Part shown: positions 19,310 to 29,352 of the stretch, in pieces
How positions within the stretch are numbered: the first letter of the stretch is position 1
Layout: the number at the start of each line of letters is the position of its first letter
Assembly (NCBI GenBank): GCA_963815115.1
Contig: CAWFFN010000008.1
Location: forward strand, 608,001-672,000
DNA: 64,000 bases
Origin: an uncultured delta proteobacterium
Lineage (GTDB): Bacteria > Desulfobacterota > Binatia > DP-6
Direction of reading: 5' to 3'
Notes under the pieces: model-generated
The model's input: only the letters and a program-made list of their open reading frames with translations
Database searches by the model: none
Told to the model about the DNA's origin: nothing
Made by a program: the position numbers and the translations under genes

Positions 19310-20725
19310 TCAGGGACCCGGAGCGAGGCCGCGGCGCCGCGGCTGCGCGCGCTCACGCTCGCGCGCGCGCACGAGGGGCTGCAGCTCCTCGAGCGCGGCG
19401 TCGACCTCCTCGCGTTGCGGGCTGCCCTCGGCGAGCAGCGGCTTGGCGCGATCGAAGAGGCTGTAGGCCTGCTCCAGGTCGCCGCGCAGCCTCGCGGCCA
19501 CCGCGAGCTGGTAGAACCCCTGCCCCTGATCGCCCTGCCGCCCGAGCGCCATCCCGAGCAGGCGGTGGGCCTCGTCGAGATTGCCGTCGAGGCGCGCGGC
19601 GCGCTGGTACTCGCCCAGCGCCTGGTCGGCCTTGCCCTCGTCCGCGAACGCCTTGCCCAGCTGCAGGTGCGCCCAGGCGTCGCTCGGATGCGCCGCCAGG
19701 TAGCGCTGCAGGATCGCCGCGCCCTGCTCGGGCTGCTTGAGCGCCACGTAGACGGCGCCCAGCGGGCGGTCGACCTGGTTACCGAATCCGAGGTCGCGGG
19801 CCCGCTCGAGCGCGGTCTTCGCGGCGTCGGGCTTGCCGATGGTCTGGTATACCCGGCCGAGCAGGAACTGGCGCTCGGCGTCGTCGGGCTTCTCCTCGGC
19901 GAGCTTGCGGTACTCTGCGACCACCACCTCGGGCGGCCCGTCGAGCGCGTTCGCCACCGCTCTCGCTTCCTGGAACGCGGGAGTCGCCCTGGGATGGCCG
20001 GCCGGCGTCTTCAGCCCGCGCGCCTTGATGATGCTCTCGGTGTGCGCCACCCGCTCCTCGGTGACCGGGTGCGACAGCATGTAGGCGGGCACGCCGGCGG
20101 GATTCACCCGCTGCTCGACCAGGAGCTGCTTGAAGAACGCGGGGAGCGCGTTGGGATCGTATCCCGCCTGCGAGGTCGTCGTGAGGCCGAGGTAGTCCGC
20201 TTCCTGCTCGAAGTCGCGCGAGTACTTGAGCTGCGCGGTCTGGGCCGCGGCGAGCGCGCCGGCGGCGAGCACCGGATTGATGGCGGCGAGGAACACGCCG
20301 AGCAGCGACGCGACGTTCCACGCCATCCCCTGCGTCTGCATGCGGACGACGTGGTGCGCGTGCGCGTGGCCGATCTCGTGGCCGAGGACGCCGGCGAGCT
20401 CGTCGTCGGTGCCGGCCCGCGCGAGCAGGCCGGTGAACACGAAGACGTACCCTCCCGGCACCGCGAAGGCGTTCAGGATGGGGCTCTCGACGACGTAGAA
20501 GTGATAGTCGAACGGCTGCGGGCCGAGCGCGCCGACCAGCCGGTTCCCCAGCGACTGCACGTACTCGTTGACGGCGGGATCTTCGGCCAGCGGCAGCTGC
20601 GAGCGCGCCTCGAGGAGGAAGTGCGCACCCATCTCGCGCTCGCCGCCCTCGCCGGTGGCGAGCACCCCCTCCGCGGCGAGCAGGACCGCGAGGAACGACG
20701 CCAGGAGCGGGCGGCGGCGTCTCAT
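19310..20725 (-). CDS. M48 metalloprotease with TPR repeats (BepA-like)
   Basis: NAFAVPGG, HEIGH, YSRDFEQEAD, LSHP, C-terminal TPRs, signal peptide. Confidence 0.9.
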   Translation of the reverse strand: MRRRRPLLASFLAVLLAAEGVLATGEGGEREMGAHFLLEARSQLPLAEDPAVNEYVQSLGNRLVGALGPQPFDYHFYVVESPILNAFAVPGGYVFVFTGLLARAGTDDELAGVLGHEIGHAHAHHVVRMQTQGMAWNVASLLGVFLAAINPVLAAGALAAAQTAQLKYSRDFEQEADYLGLTTTSQAGYDPNALPAFFKQLLVEQRVNPAGVPAYMLSHPVTEERVAHTESIIKARGLKTPAGHPRATPAFQEARAVANALDGPPEVVVAEYRKLAEEKPDDAERQFLLGRVYQTIGKPDAAKTALERARDLGFGNQVDRPLGAVYVALKQPEQGAAILQRYLAAHPSDAWAHLQLGKAFADEGKADQALGEYQRAARLDGNLDEAHRLLGMALGRQGDQGQGFYQLAVAARLRGDLEQAYSLFDRAKPLLAEGSPQREEVDAALEELQPLVRARERERAQPRRRGLAPGP

Positions 20726-21696
20726 GGGCGCCGCCGCGCGACGTCACGCGCGAAGTACGTGATCACGATGTCCGCGCCGGCGCGCCGGATCGCGAGCAGG
20801 CTCTCGTCGACCACGCGCTCCTCGTCGATCCAACCGCGCGCGGCGGCCGCCTTGATCATCGAGTACTCTCCGCTGACGTGGTAGGCGGCGACGGGATGGC
20901 CGAAGCGCTCCTTCACCCGCCACACCAGGTCGAGGTAGGGAAGCGCGGGCTTGACCATCACGATGTCGGCCCCCTCCTCGATGTCGAGGGCCACCTCGCG
21001 CAGCGCCTCCTCCGCGTTGGCCGGGTCCATCTGGTAGCCGCGGCGATCGCCGAACTGCGGCGTCGACTCCGCCGCCTCGCGGAACGGCCCGTAGAGGGCC
21101 GACGCGAACTTGGCGGCGTACGACATGATCGGCACCTGCGTGAAGCTCGCCTCGTCGAGCACCCGCCGGACGGCACCGACCCGGCCATCCATCATGTCCG
21201 AGGGCGCGATCACGTCCGCGCCCGCCCTGGCATGAGCGAGCGCCTCCGCGGCCAGCACCGGAAGAGTCGCGTCGTTGTCGACCTCGCCATCGCGGATGAT
21301 GCCGCAGTGCCCGTGGTCGGTGTACTCGCACAGGCACACGTCGGTGATCAGCAGCAGCCCGGGCGCGGCGGCCCGGATGGCCTCGAGCGCGCGGGGGATG
21401 ATGCCCGAGGGATCGACTGCGCCGCTGCCGCGCGCGTCCTTGCGCTCGGGAATCCCGAAGAGCAGGACGGCGGGAACGCCGAGGTCGGCGAGCCGGCGGC
21501 CCTCCTCGGCGGCGCGGTCGGCAGAGAGCTGCGAGATGCCTGGCATGGCGTCGATGGGCTGCTCGACGCTTCTCCCCGGGACGACGAAGAGCGGCTGCAC
21601 GAGCTGCTCCAGGGTCACCCGCGTCTCGCGCACCAGGCGGCGGAGGGCGTCGCTGCGCCGCAGCCGCCGCGGACGGTAGGCGGGGTAGCGGCTCAT
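20722..21696 (-). CDS. hemB: Porphobilinogen synthase
   Basis: RPRRLR, DVCLCEYTDHGHCG, PSDMMDG, MVKPA, VSGEYSM. Confidence 0.96.
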   Translation of the reverse strand: MSRYPAYRPRRLRRSDALRRLVRETRVTLEQLVQPLFVVPGRSVEQPIDAMPGISQLSADRAAEEGRRLADLGVPAVLLFGIPERKDARGSGAVDPSGIIPRALEAIRAAAPGLLLITDVCLCEYTDHGHCGIIRDGEVDNDATLPVLAAEALAHARAGADVIAPSDMMDGRVGAVRRVLDEASFTQVPIMSYAAKFASALYGPFREAAESTPQFGDRRGYQMDPANAEEALREVALDIEEGADIVMVKPALPYLDLVWRVKERFGHPVAAYHVSGEYSMIKAAAARGWIDEERVVDESLLAIRRAGADIVITYFARDVARRRP

Positions 21697-23270
21697 CGCA
21701 CGCCTCCGCTTAGTCGATCCCCCGCTCGATTGCAAAAATGATCGATGAGGGCAGCCGCCAGACCCTGCGCCGTGTAGTCCTCGGGGCACACGTGCACGGT
21801 GAGGCCGGCTTCTCGCGCCGTCTCCGCCGTGACGGGGCCGATGCAGGCAACGACCGGGCCCGGGGAGCGTCCGAGCCGGGCAGTCTCCTCCCGCCCGAGC
21901 AGCTCGGCGAAGTTCCGCACCGTCGAGCTGCTGGTGAAGGTGAGGGCGTCGATCGCACCCGCGGCGAGTGCCGCGCGGAGGCCCTCGACGTCGGCGTCGG
22001 GCGGCCGCACCGCCTGGTACGCGATGACCTCGTCGACGTGCGCGCCGCGCGCGGCGAGGGTCTCGGGGAGCACGCGACGTGCGCCGGCGGCCCGCGGCAG
22101 CAGGATGCGCCTCCCGCGCACGTCCTCGCGATCGAGGGCCTCGAGCAACCCCTCGGCCCGGTACTCCCGCGGCACGACCGCGGGCCGCAGCAGGCGGCGC
22201 TCCAGCTCCGCCGCCGTCTCCGGGCCGATGACGCCGATTCGCACCCCGGCCAGCTCCCGGACGTCTCCACCCCGCGCGGCGAAGCGCGCGAAGAAGGCGC
22301 GGACGCCGTTGGCGCTGGTGAAGAGCAGCCAGTCGTAGCCGGCGGCGGTCGCCGCCGCGTGCTCGAGCGCGGCGGGGTCCGGCGGCGGAGCGATGGCGAT
22401 GGTCGGGAAGAGGATCACCTCGGCCCCCGCGTCTTCCAGGACGCGCGCCAGCTCCCCGGCCTGCTCGCGCGGACGCGTCACCACGACGCGGCGGCCGAGC
22501 AGCGGGCGATCCTCGAACCAGCGCACGTGCTCGCGCAGGGAAACGACGCCGCCGATGACGAGCACGGCGGGGGCCGGAACGCCGGCAGCTTGCACGCGCT
22601 CGGCGAGCGTCGCGGCGGTGCCTTCGACCGTGCGCTGGCTTCCCAGCGTCCCGCGGTGCACGAGCGCGGCCGGTGTCGCCGGGTCGAGGCCCGCACCGAT
22701 CAGTGCGGCCAGCACCTTCGCCAGCTGCCGCACCGCCATCAGGAACACCAGCGTGCCGCCCTGGCGGGCCAGGGCCGCCCAGGGCAGGTCGGGAGGACCC
22801 GGCTCGGCCGCTCCTGGCGGGCAGGCCTGGTGGCCGGTGGCGATGGTGACGAGCGAGGCGTGGTCGCGATGGGTGACCGGGATGCCGGCGTAGGCGAGCG
22901 CGGCGATGGCGGAGGTGACGCCGGGAACCACCTCGAAGGCGATGCCGGCAGCGCGCAGCGCCTGCGCCTCCTCGGCGCCGCGCCCGAAGACGAACGGATC
23001 GCCGTTCTTGAGCCGGACGACGAGCCGCCCGACACGCGCGCGGTCGATCAGCAGCTTCTCGATCTCGGCCTGCGAGAGGCGATCGCCCTCCCCGTGGGGA
23101 CGGCCCACGGCCACCACCTCGGCATCGGGACGCACCGACTCGAGGAGCCGGCGGTGCACGAGGTCGTCGTGCACCACGACGTCGGCGGCCGCGAGCCAGC
23201 GCTGCCCGCGCACCGTGAGCAGCCCGGGATCGCCGGGGCCGGCGCCGACGAGCACGACGCGCCCGCTCAT
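21693..23270 (-). CDS. cobA: Uroporphyrinogen-III C-methyltransferase / uroporphyrinogen-III synthase fusion (CobA-HemD)
   Basis: VGAGPGDPGLLT, RLKNGDPFVFGRG; then VVTRPREQ, FTSANGV, FTSSSTV, IGPVT. Confidence 0.93.
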   Translation of the reverse strand: MSGRVVLVGAGPGDPGLLTVRGQRWLAAADVVVHDDLVHRRLLESVRPDAEVVAVGRPHGEGDRLSQAEIEKLLIDRARVGRLVVRLKNGDPFVFGRGAEEAQALRAAGIAFEVVPGVTSAIAALAYAGIPVTHRDHASLVTIATGHQACPPGAAEPGPPDLPWAALARQGGTLVFLMAVRQLAKVLAALIGAGLDPATPAALVHRGTLGSQRTVEGTAATLAERVQAAGVPAPAVLVIGGVVSLREHVRWFEDRPLLGRRVVVTRPREQAGELARVLEDAGAEVILFPTIAIAPPPDPAALEHAAATAAGYDWLLFTSANGVRAFFARFAARGGDVRELAGVRIGVIGPETAAELERRLLRPAVVPREYRAEGLLEALDREDVRGRRILLPRAAGARRVLPETLAARGAHVDEVIAYQAVRPPDADVEGLRAALAAGAIDALTFTSSSTVRNFAELLGREETARLGRSPGPVVACIGPVTAETAREAGLTVHVCPEDYTAQGLAAALIDHFCNRAGDRLSGGVR

Positions 23271-24184
23271 CGCCCGAGCACCCGGCCCGCACCGCGGCCG
23301 AGCAGGCGCTGCGCGAGGTCGCACCCGAGCGCCTCGGCGTCGGCGCGCGGCGCCTCTCCCTCGCCGTCGAACCACTCCCGTCCCTCGAGATCGCTGACCT
23401 GCGCGCGCAGTGCGACCCGGCCGTCGTCGATCCGCGCGTGGGCGGCCATCGGGGTATTGCAGTCCCCACCGATGGCGATCAGGAACGCGCGCTCGGCGGC
23501 CACCGCGACCGTGGAGTCCGGATCGGCGAAGGCAGCGAGCAGCGCGCGCGTTGCCGTGTCGTCGACGCGGCACTCGATGGCGAGCGCCCCCTGCCCCACC
23601 GCGGGAAGCAGCTCGTCGGTCTCCAGCGGCGTGGCCGCGGGCTCGCTGACGCCGAGTCGCACCAGGCCCGCCGAGGCGAGGACGAGCGCGTCCACCTCCC
23701 CGGCCCGCCACTTCGCGAGGCGTGTGTCGACGTTGCCGCGCAGGAACACCACGCCGAGATCGCGGCGACGGGCGAGGAGCTGGGCGCGCCGGCGCACGCT
23801 GGCCGTCCCGATGCGCGCGCCGGGCGGAAGCCCCGCGAGCCCGCCGCCTCCGCCCCCCACGAGGACGTCGCGCGCGTCGGCGCGGGCGGGGATCGCGCCG
23901 ATCGCGAGTCCCGGCGCGAGCGCCGCCGGAACGTCCTTCATGGAATGCACGGCGCAGTCGATCCGCCGGTCGGCCAGCGCCTCCTCCAGCTCCTTCACGA
24001 ACAGGCCCTTGCCGCCGACCGGCGCCAGGGACCCCTGCGACAGGCGGTCACCGCTGGTCCGGATCAGCACCATCTCGACCTCGAGCCCGGGGTGGAGCCG
24101 CTCGAGGGCGACACCGACCTGCCCGCTCTGGGCGCGCGCAAGCGCGCTCGCGCGCGTGCCCACGCGAAGGGTGCGAGCGGGCAC
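23267..24184 (-). CDS. hemC: Hydroxymethylbilane synthase
   Basis: GTRASALA, GKGLFVKE, AVHSMKDVP, RGNVDTRL, GDCNTP. Confidence 0.95.
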   Translation of the reverse strand: MPARTLRVGTRASALARAQSGQVGVALERLHPGLEVEMVLIRTSGDRLSQGSLAPVGGKGLFVKELEEALADRRIDCAVHSMKDVPAALAPGLAIGAIPARADARDVLVGGGGGGLAGLPPGARIGTASVRRRAQLLARRRDLGVVFLRGNVDTRLAKWRAGEVDALVLASAGLVRLGVSEPAATPLETDELLPAVGQGALAIECRVDDTATRALLAAFADPDSTVAVAAERAFLIAIGGDCNTPMAAHARIDDGRVALRAQVSDLEGREWFDGEGEAPRADAEALGCDLAQRLLGRGAGRVLGR

Positions 24185-24188
24185 GGCG

Positions 24189-25485
24189 TCAGCTCTCCTC
24201 GTCGTCCGGCGGCTCGTCCCTGCCGAGACGGAAGAGGGACCGCGCCGCCTCGATGTAGAACGACTCGCCGCGCACCGCCTGGTGGCGGCGGAGCGCCGTC
24301 ACCGGATGATGCAGGATCTTGTTCACGATGGCGCGGGTCAGGCGCTCGACCGCCTCGCGATGGCGGAGATCGGCCGAGCCCAGGGACGCGAGATGGCGCT
24401 CCACCTCGGCTTGCCGGATGGCTTCCACCTTGTCGCGCAGGGCGACGATCGTGGGCACGACGTCGAGCCCCTGGAGCCAGGTCCAGAAGGACTCGACCTC
24501 GGCCTCCACGATGGCCTCGGCCCGGACCGCCTCGCCGGCACGCGCTCCCCGGTTCTCGGCGACGATCCCGTCGAGGTCGTCGACGTCGAACAGATACACG
24601 CCGTCCAGCGCGTTGACGGCGGGGTCGATCGAGCGCGGCACCGCGAGGTCGATGAGGAGCATCGGGCGGCCCCGGCGCTCGCGCATGGCCTCCTCCATCG
24701 GTCCGGGGCGGACCAGGAGATCGCCACCCGCGGCGCTGATCACGAGGTCGGCGTGCGGCAGCATCCGGGCCGCGCGCTCGAGCGGGACGGCGAGGCCGCC
24801 CAGCTCGCGCGCGACGTCGGCGGCACGCTCGAAGGTACGGTTCGCCACCATGAGCGTTCCGACGCCCCGTGCCAGGAGCGCGCGCGCCGTGAGCTCGCCC
24901 ATCGTCCCCGCACCGAGCAGGAGCACCGTCTTGTCGGCGAAGTGATCGAAGATTTCGCCGGCGAGCTCGACCGCCGCGGAGCCCACCGACACGGCCCTCT
25001 CGGCAATCCCGGTCTCGCTGCGGATGCGCTTGGCCACCGAGAACGACTTGTGGAAGCAGCGATGCAGCACCCGGCCAGAGGCTCCGGCCGCCGCCGCCGC
25101 GGCGTACTGCTCCTTCAGCTGGCCGAGGGATCTGCGGCTCGCCCACCACCATCGAGTCGAGACTCGCCGCGACCCGGAAGAGATGCCGGATCGCCTCGCG
25201 ATCGCGGTGGGTGTAGAGGCTCCCGGCCAGCTCGTCGGCGCCGAGCCGGTGCGCGTCGGCGAGGAAGGCCGGTAGCTCGGCCGCGACCGCGTCCGGATCA
25301 CGCCCGCACGCCACCACCTCGACGCGGTTGCAGGTGGAGACGATCACGGCCTCGTTCACGTTGGGTAGCGCGACGAGGCCGCGCAGTGCGAGGTCGAGGC
25401 GCCCATTGGTGAACGCCACGCGCTCGCGCACCTCCACCGGGGCGGTGTGGTGGCTCAACCCGACGAGGACGATGCGCTGGCTCAC
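24189..25485 (-). CDS. hemA: Glutamyl-tRNA reductase, with +1 frameshift at about 25127-25129
   Basis: STCNRVE and LDSMVVGEPQI in one frame, LGQLK...GAGTMG...DLAVPR in the next; minus-strand ATCCCTCGGC has one extra C. Confidence 0.92.
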
Positions 25486-25486
25486 G

Positions 25487-26308
25487 CTAGAATGCCCGGC
25501 CGTGAATCCCGAGTCCGAGAAGGTTGACGCCGACGAGCGAGACGACGATCACCGCGAAGCCGGCGATGGTGAGCTGAGCGGCCCAGCGGCCGCGCCAGCC
25601 GGCCGTCATGCGGCCCTGGAGCAGCACCATGTAGAGCGCCCATACGAGCAGCGTGGTGAGCAGCTTGGGATCGCTCAACCAGAAGCCGCGTCCCCAGGCC
25701 TCGTGGGCCCACACGATGCCGGTGACGATGCCGAGCGTCAGCAGGATCAGCCCCCACTTGAGGCAGGTGTGGCTCACCTGGTCGAGGCGCTCGAGGGACG
25801 GCAGATGGCGCAGCACGCCGCGCCCGCGGTGGGTCTTCAGGCGCCGCTCCTGGATCAGGTAGAGCACGCTCGCGCTGCAGGCGATGGCGAACACCGCGTC
25901 GCCCAGGAAGGCCAGCAGCACGTGCACCGGCAGCCAGACGCTGTGCAGGATGGCGGGCAGGGGCTGGGCGCCCCCCTTGAGCACGCTCGCGAACGAGGTG
26001 AGCCCGAACACGATCGGCATCACGACCGCGCCGAGCGCCAGGAGAGGCCCGCGAAGCTGGACGGCGAGGAACAGGACGACCAGCAGCACCGCGAGCAGCG
26101 ACAGGCCCTCGCCGAAGTTGGCGACCGGAAGGTCGCCGACGAGGACGGTGCGGATGACGATGGAGATCACGTGCAGGACCAGGCCCGCTCCCACCAGCCA
26201 GAGAAAGAGACGGCTCGGGAAATCGCGGCGGACCGCGATGCCGGTGAGCGCCGCCACGGTGGCGGCGAGATAGAGCCCGGCGGCTCCGCGTAGCAGCACG
26301 ATCTCCAT
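25487..26308 (-). CDS. ccsA: Cytochrome c assembly protein (CcsA/HemX-like)
   Basis: WLPVHV, LPSLERLD, TGIVWA..WG..W.SDPK, WRGR; position before hemA. Confidence 0.85.
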   Translation of the reverse strand: MEIVLLRGAAGLYLAATVAALTGIAVRRDFPSRLFLWLVGAGLVLHVISIVIRTVLVGDLPVANFGEGLSLLAVLLVVLFLAVQLRGPLLALGAVVMPIVFGLTSFASVLKGGAQPLPAILHSVWLPVHVLLAFLGDAVFAIACSASVLYLIQERRLKTHRGRGVLRHLPSLERLDQVSHTCLKWGLILLTLGIVTGIVWAHEAWGRGFWLSDPKLLTTLLVWALYMVLLQGRMTAGWRGRWAAQLTIAGFAVIVVSLVGVNLLGLGIHGRAF

Positions 26309-26961
26309 CAGGCCGATCCTTCCACGCCGAGCTGCTCGAGCGTACAGCCGTCGCCGACGATCCCGGCCAGCAGGCGATCGACGGATCCCCGATCCCCCCG
26401 CCGCAGTAGATCGAGCAGCGGAGAGTCGAGCAGCGCCGCCAGCACCGCCGCCCGGTCGCCGCCGCGGCACGCCCGCCGCACGGCCCCCAGGATGGCGACG
26501 AACGCCCCGTACTCGGGTCCGACGGTCTGGGCGAGCTCGTCACGCAGGCGCACGGCCAGCCCGGGGCTGGCTCCCCCGGTCCCGATCGCGACCAGCAGGT
26601 CGCCCCGCGCCAGCACCGCGGGAGAGAGGAAGTCGCACGCCTCCGGCACGTCGATCACGTTGAGCAGGACGCCCTCGCGCCCTGCCTCCGCCCGGAGAGC
26701 CCGGATGCGCTCGGGGTCGCGCGTCGAGGCATAGGCGAGCAGCGCGCCGTGCAGGTCGCCCGGCCGGTAGTCCCGCTCCAGCCACGCGATCGTGCGCGAG
26801 CTGGCCAGCTCGCGCAACGCGGGCGTGAGCTCGGCTGCGATCACGGTCAGCTCGGCTCCCGCCCGGTGGCAGGACCGCACCTTGTCCTCGATCACCGGGT
26901 CCCCGCCGACCGCGACGCAGCGGCGGCCTTCGAGGCACAGGAACACCGGATGGGTGCGCAT
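26308..26961 (-). CDS. Precorrin-2 dehydrogenase / sirohydrochlorin ferrochelatase (CysG N-terminal/Met8-like)
   Basis: PVFLCLEGRRCVAVGG, NVIDVPEACDF, IGTGGASP. Confidence 0.85.
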   Translation of the reverse strand: MRTHPVFLCLEGRRCVAVGGDPVIEDKVRSCHRAGAELTVIAAELTPALRELASSRTIAWLERDYRPGDLHGALLAYASTRDPERIRALRAEAGREGVLLNVIDVPEACDFLSPAVLARGDLLVAIGTGGASPGLAVRLRDELAQTVGPEYGAFVAILGAVRRACRGGDRAAVLAALLDSPLLDLLRRGDRGSVDRLLAGIVGDGCTLEQLGVEGSA

Positions 26962-27022
26962 GCGCCTCGGGATGCTACCAGAACGCTCCCGGCCCCGGAA
27001 CTCGCAGGGCCGGGGCCGGACA

Positions 27023-28399
27023 TCACGTGTCGCCGGGGATCCTGAGCACCTGTCCGGGCCGCACCTGGCTGCGAGCGCCGAGCCGGTTGGCCGTGCAGAG
27101 CGCCTCGAGGCTGACGCCGTAGTGGTCCGCGATCCCGGCCAGCGTCTGACCCGGCTTCACGCGGTGCGTGGCCATGGGGCTCTCGGCGCGGTGGTCCTGA
27201 TCGTCGCGTGGATCGGGCGTCGCGCGCGCGACGCGCTCCTCGGGGGCGGCCTGCGCGAGCCGCGACGAGAAGGCGTCGGCCCCTTCGGCGGGAACGCGGA
27301 GCCCGTAGCCGGCGGGGATGGGAGTGCGTCCCGAGACGACCGGGTCCATGAGGGCGGGGTTCAGGTCGGCGAGACCGACACGATCGATGCGGGCGACCTG
27401 CGCGGCGGTCATGATGTCGACCGGCCGGTCGAGCATGATGGTGCGGGTCGGTGGCAGGGGCTCGCGGGGAAGGCGGCCGAAATACGAGTCGGCATTCTTG
27501 TCGACGTCGAGCGCGGCCAGGAACTCTGCGTAGAAGTTCCGCGACGAGAAGCCCCATCCCGGGCCGTCGTAGTAGCGGATGAGCGCCGCGATGTCGGTGC
27601 TGCCGGTCGCCTCGACGCCCCGCGCGACACCGGCGGGGCCGTGATTGTACGCCGTGATGGCCAGCGGCCAGTTGCCCAGCCGATCGTAGCTGCCGGTCAG
27701 GAAGCGCGCCGCCGCACGCGTCGACGCGATCGGGTCGCGCCGCTCGTCGACGGTGCCGTTGACCGTCATGTAGAGGCGGCCCGTTCCCGGCATGAACTGC
27801 CACACACCGGTCGCCCCGACCTTCGAGTAGGCGTCGAGGTTGAAGCAGGATTCGATGAGCGGCAGGCGCGTCAGCTCGGGCGGCAGGCCTTCCTCGGTGA
27901 AGATGCGCTCCATCTCCGGGAAGTATCGTCGTGCGGTGCGGTAGCCCGCGCTGAAGCGCTCGCGGATGCCGTGCTGCCAGCGCAGCCGCCTATCGTCGGC
28001 CGCCCGCGTGAACTTGTAGGGATCGGGATCGTTCTTGAAGAGATCGTAGATGCGCTGCTCGTCGGGCTGAAGGGACGAGCGCGGTGCTCCGTCCTGCAGG
28101 CGTTGGAAGAGCGCCTTCAGGCGCGCCTCTTCCGCCTCGGCAGCGTCCTTCTTGTACGGCTCGATCTCGGGCTGGGTCATCCCCGCCTGGGTGTAGGAGC
28201 GGAAGTCGAGGACGCTGTAGATCCGGTCGAGATCGGCCGTGTCATGCACCACGATCTGGTCCTGCGAGTAGACCGTGAAGATGCTCCGCCAGAAGCGGAT
28301 CTGGTGCTCCATCTCCGCGGGACGCGGCCACGAGGCTGCCCCCGGACGCTGGGGGAAGCTCAGGAGGATCGTGAGTGCCAGGAGGATTGCTGAACGCAT
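27023..28399 (-). CDS. Lytic transglycosylase with LysM (MltD-like)
   Basis: LPLIES, GATGVWQFM, AITAYNHG, C-terminal HRVKPGQTL LysM. Confidence 0.88.
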   Translation of the reverse strand: MRSAILLALTILLSFPQRPGAASWPRPAEMEHQIRFWRSIFTVYSQDQIVVHDTADLDRIYSVLDFRSYTQAGMTQPEIEPYKKDAAEAEEARLKALFQRLQDGAPRSSLQPDEQRIYDLFKNDPDPYKFTRAADDRRLRWQHGIRERFSAGYRTARRYFPEMERIFTEEGLPPELTRLPLIESCFNLDAYSKVGATGVWQFMPGTGRLYMTVNGTVDERRDPIASTRAAARFLTGSYDRLGNWPLAITAYNHGPAGVARGVEATGSTDIAALIRYYDGPGWGFSSRNFYAEFLAALDVDKNADSYFGRLPREPLPPTRTIMLDRPVDIMTAAQVARIDRVGLADLNPALMDPVVSGRTPIPAGYGLRVPAEGADAFSSRLAQAAPEERVARATPDPRDDQDHRAESPMATHRVKPGQTLAGIADHYGVSLEALCTANRLGARSQVRPGQVLRIPGDT

Positions 28400-28533
28400 A
28401 GAGAGCTCCCACCGCCGCGCAGCCGGTCGCCGTTGGCGCCGTAAGGTACCAAACGGCTCCCCGGATAGTCAATCAGTTGTCCAGTAATCTCCGGGGCTTG
28501 GCGATGGCTTCCGGAAGGATCGCGGGCCCGAGG

Positions 28534-29349
28534 TCAGCGCTGGCAGCGCGCGCAGTAGAAGGTCGAGCGTCCGGTGACGACGCAGGCCCGGACCAGCCCG
28601 CCACAGCGCCGGCAGGGCTCGCCGGCCCGGTCGTAGACCTGGTGCCGCCGCTGGTAGGAGCCGGACCGCTCGAAGCCGTCGCGGTAGTCCGAGATCGACG
28701 ATCCGCCGCGTCGGATGGCCGCCGCCAGGATCGATCGTGTGGCGGCCGCCAGGCGCGCGCATTCCGCTCGCGTGAGCCGACCGGCGCGCCGGCGCGGCCG
28801 GACCCCGGCCCGGAAGAGTATCTCGTTCACGTAGATGTTGCCCAGGCCCGCGATCTCGCGCTGGTCCATGAGCAGGGACTTCACCGTGGTGCGGCCATGG
28901 CGGCGCGAGCGCTCGTGCAGGAACTCGGCGGTGAGAGCGGGCGACAGCGCGTCGACCCCGGCGGCGGTCTCCGCTTCCATCGCGTCGGCCGCGATCACCG
29001 CCAGCCGGCCGAAGCGGCGCGGGTCGTTGTAGGTGAGCAACCGGCCGTCGTCGAGGCGCACCACGACGTGGTCGTGCGGGCGCTCGGGCCGGTCCCGCGC
29101 TCCGAGCGTCAGGCGTCCGGTCATGCCGAGATGCACCAGCCAGAGCCTGCCGTCGTCGAGAGCGAGCAGCATGAACTTGCCGTGGCGGCTCATGCCGGCG
29201 ATGCGGCGGCCCGTCAGCCGGACCCCGAAGTCGGGCGCGATGGGCGTCCGCAGGCGAGGCTCGCGGACCTCGACGGCGGCGATGCGGCGCGCGCACAGCA
29301 CGGGCTCCAGACCGCGCACGATGGTCTCGACCTCGGGCAGCTCCGGCAC
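28534..29349 (-). CDS. mutM: Formamidopyrimidine-DNA glycosylase
   Basis: PELPEVE, HLGMTG, GLGNIY, C-terminal CxxC-CxxC. Confidence 0.96.
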   Translation of the reverse strand: MPELPEVETIVRGLEPVLCARRIAAVEVREPRLRTPIAPDFGVRLTGRRIAGMSRHGKFMLLALDDGRLWLVHLGMTGRLTLGARDRPERPHDHVVVRLDDGRLLTYNDPRRFGRLAVIAADAMEAETAAGVDALSPALTAEFLHERSRRHGRTTVKSLLMDQREIAGLGNIYVNEILFRAGVRPRRRAGRLTRAECARLAAATRSILAAAIRRGGSSISDYRDGFERSGSYQRRHQVYDRAGEPCRRCGGLVRACVVTGRSTFYCARCQR

Positions 29350-29352
29350 GCG

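Noticed and set aside
21738-25412. 1224-aa plus-strand ORF and many similar long ORFs
   Set aside because: Antisense shadows of real genes caused by high GC; no recognisable motifs
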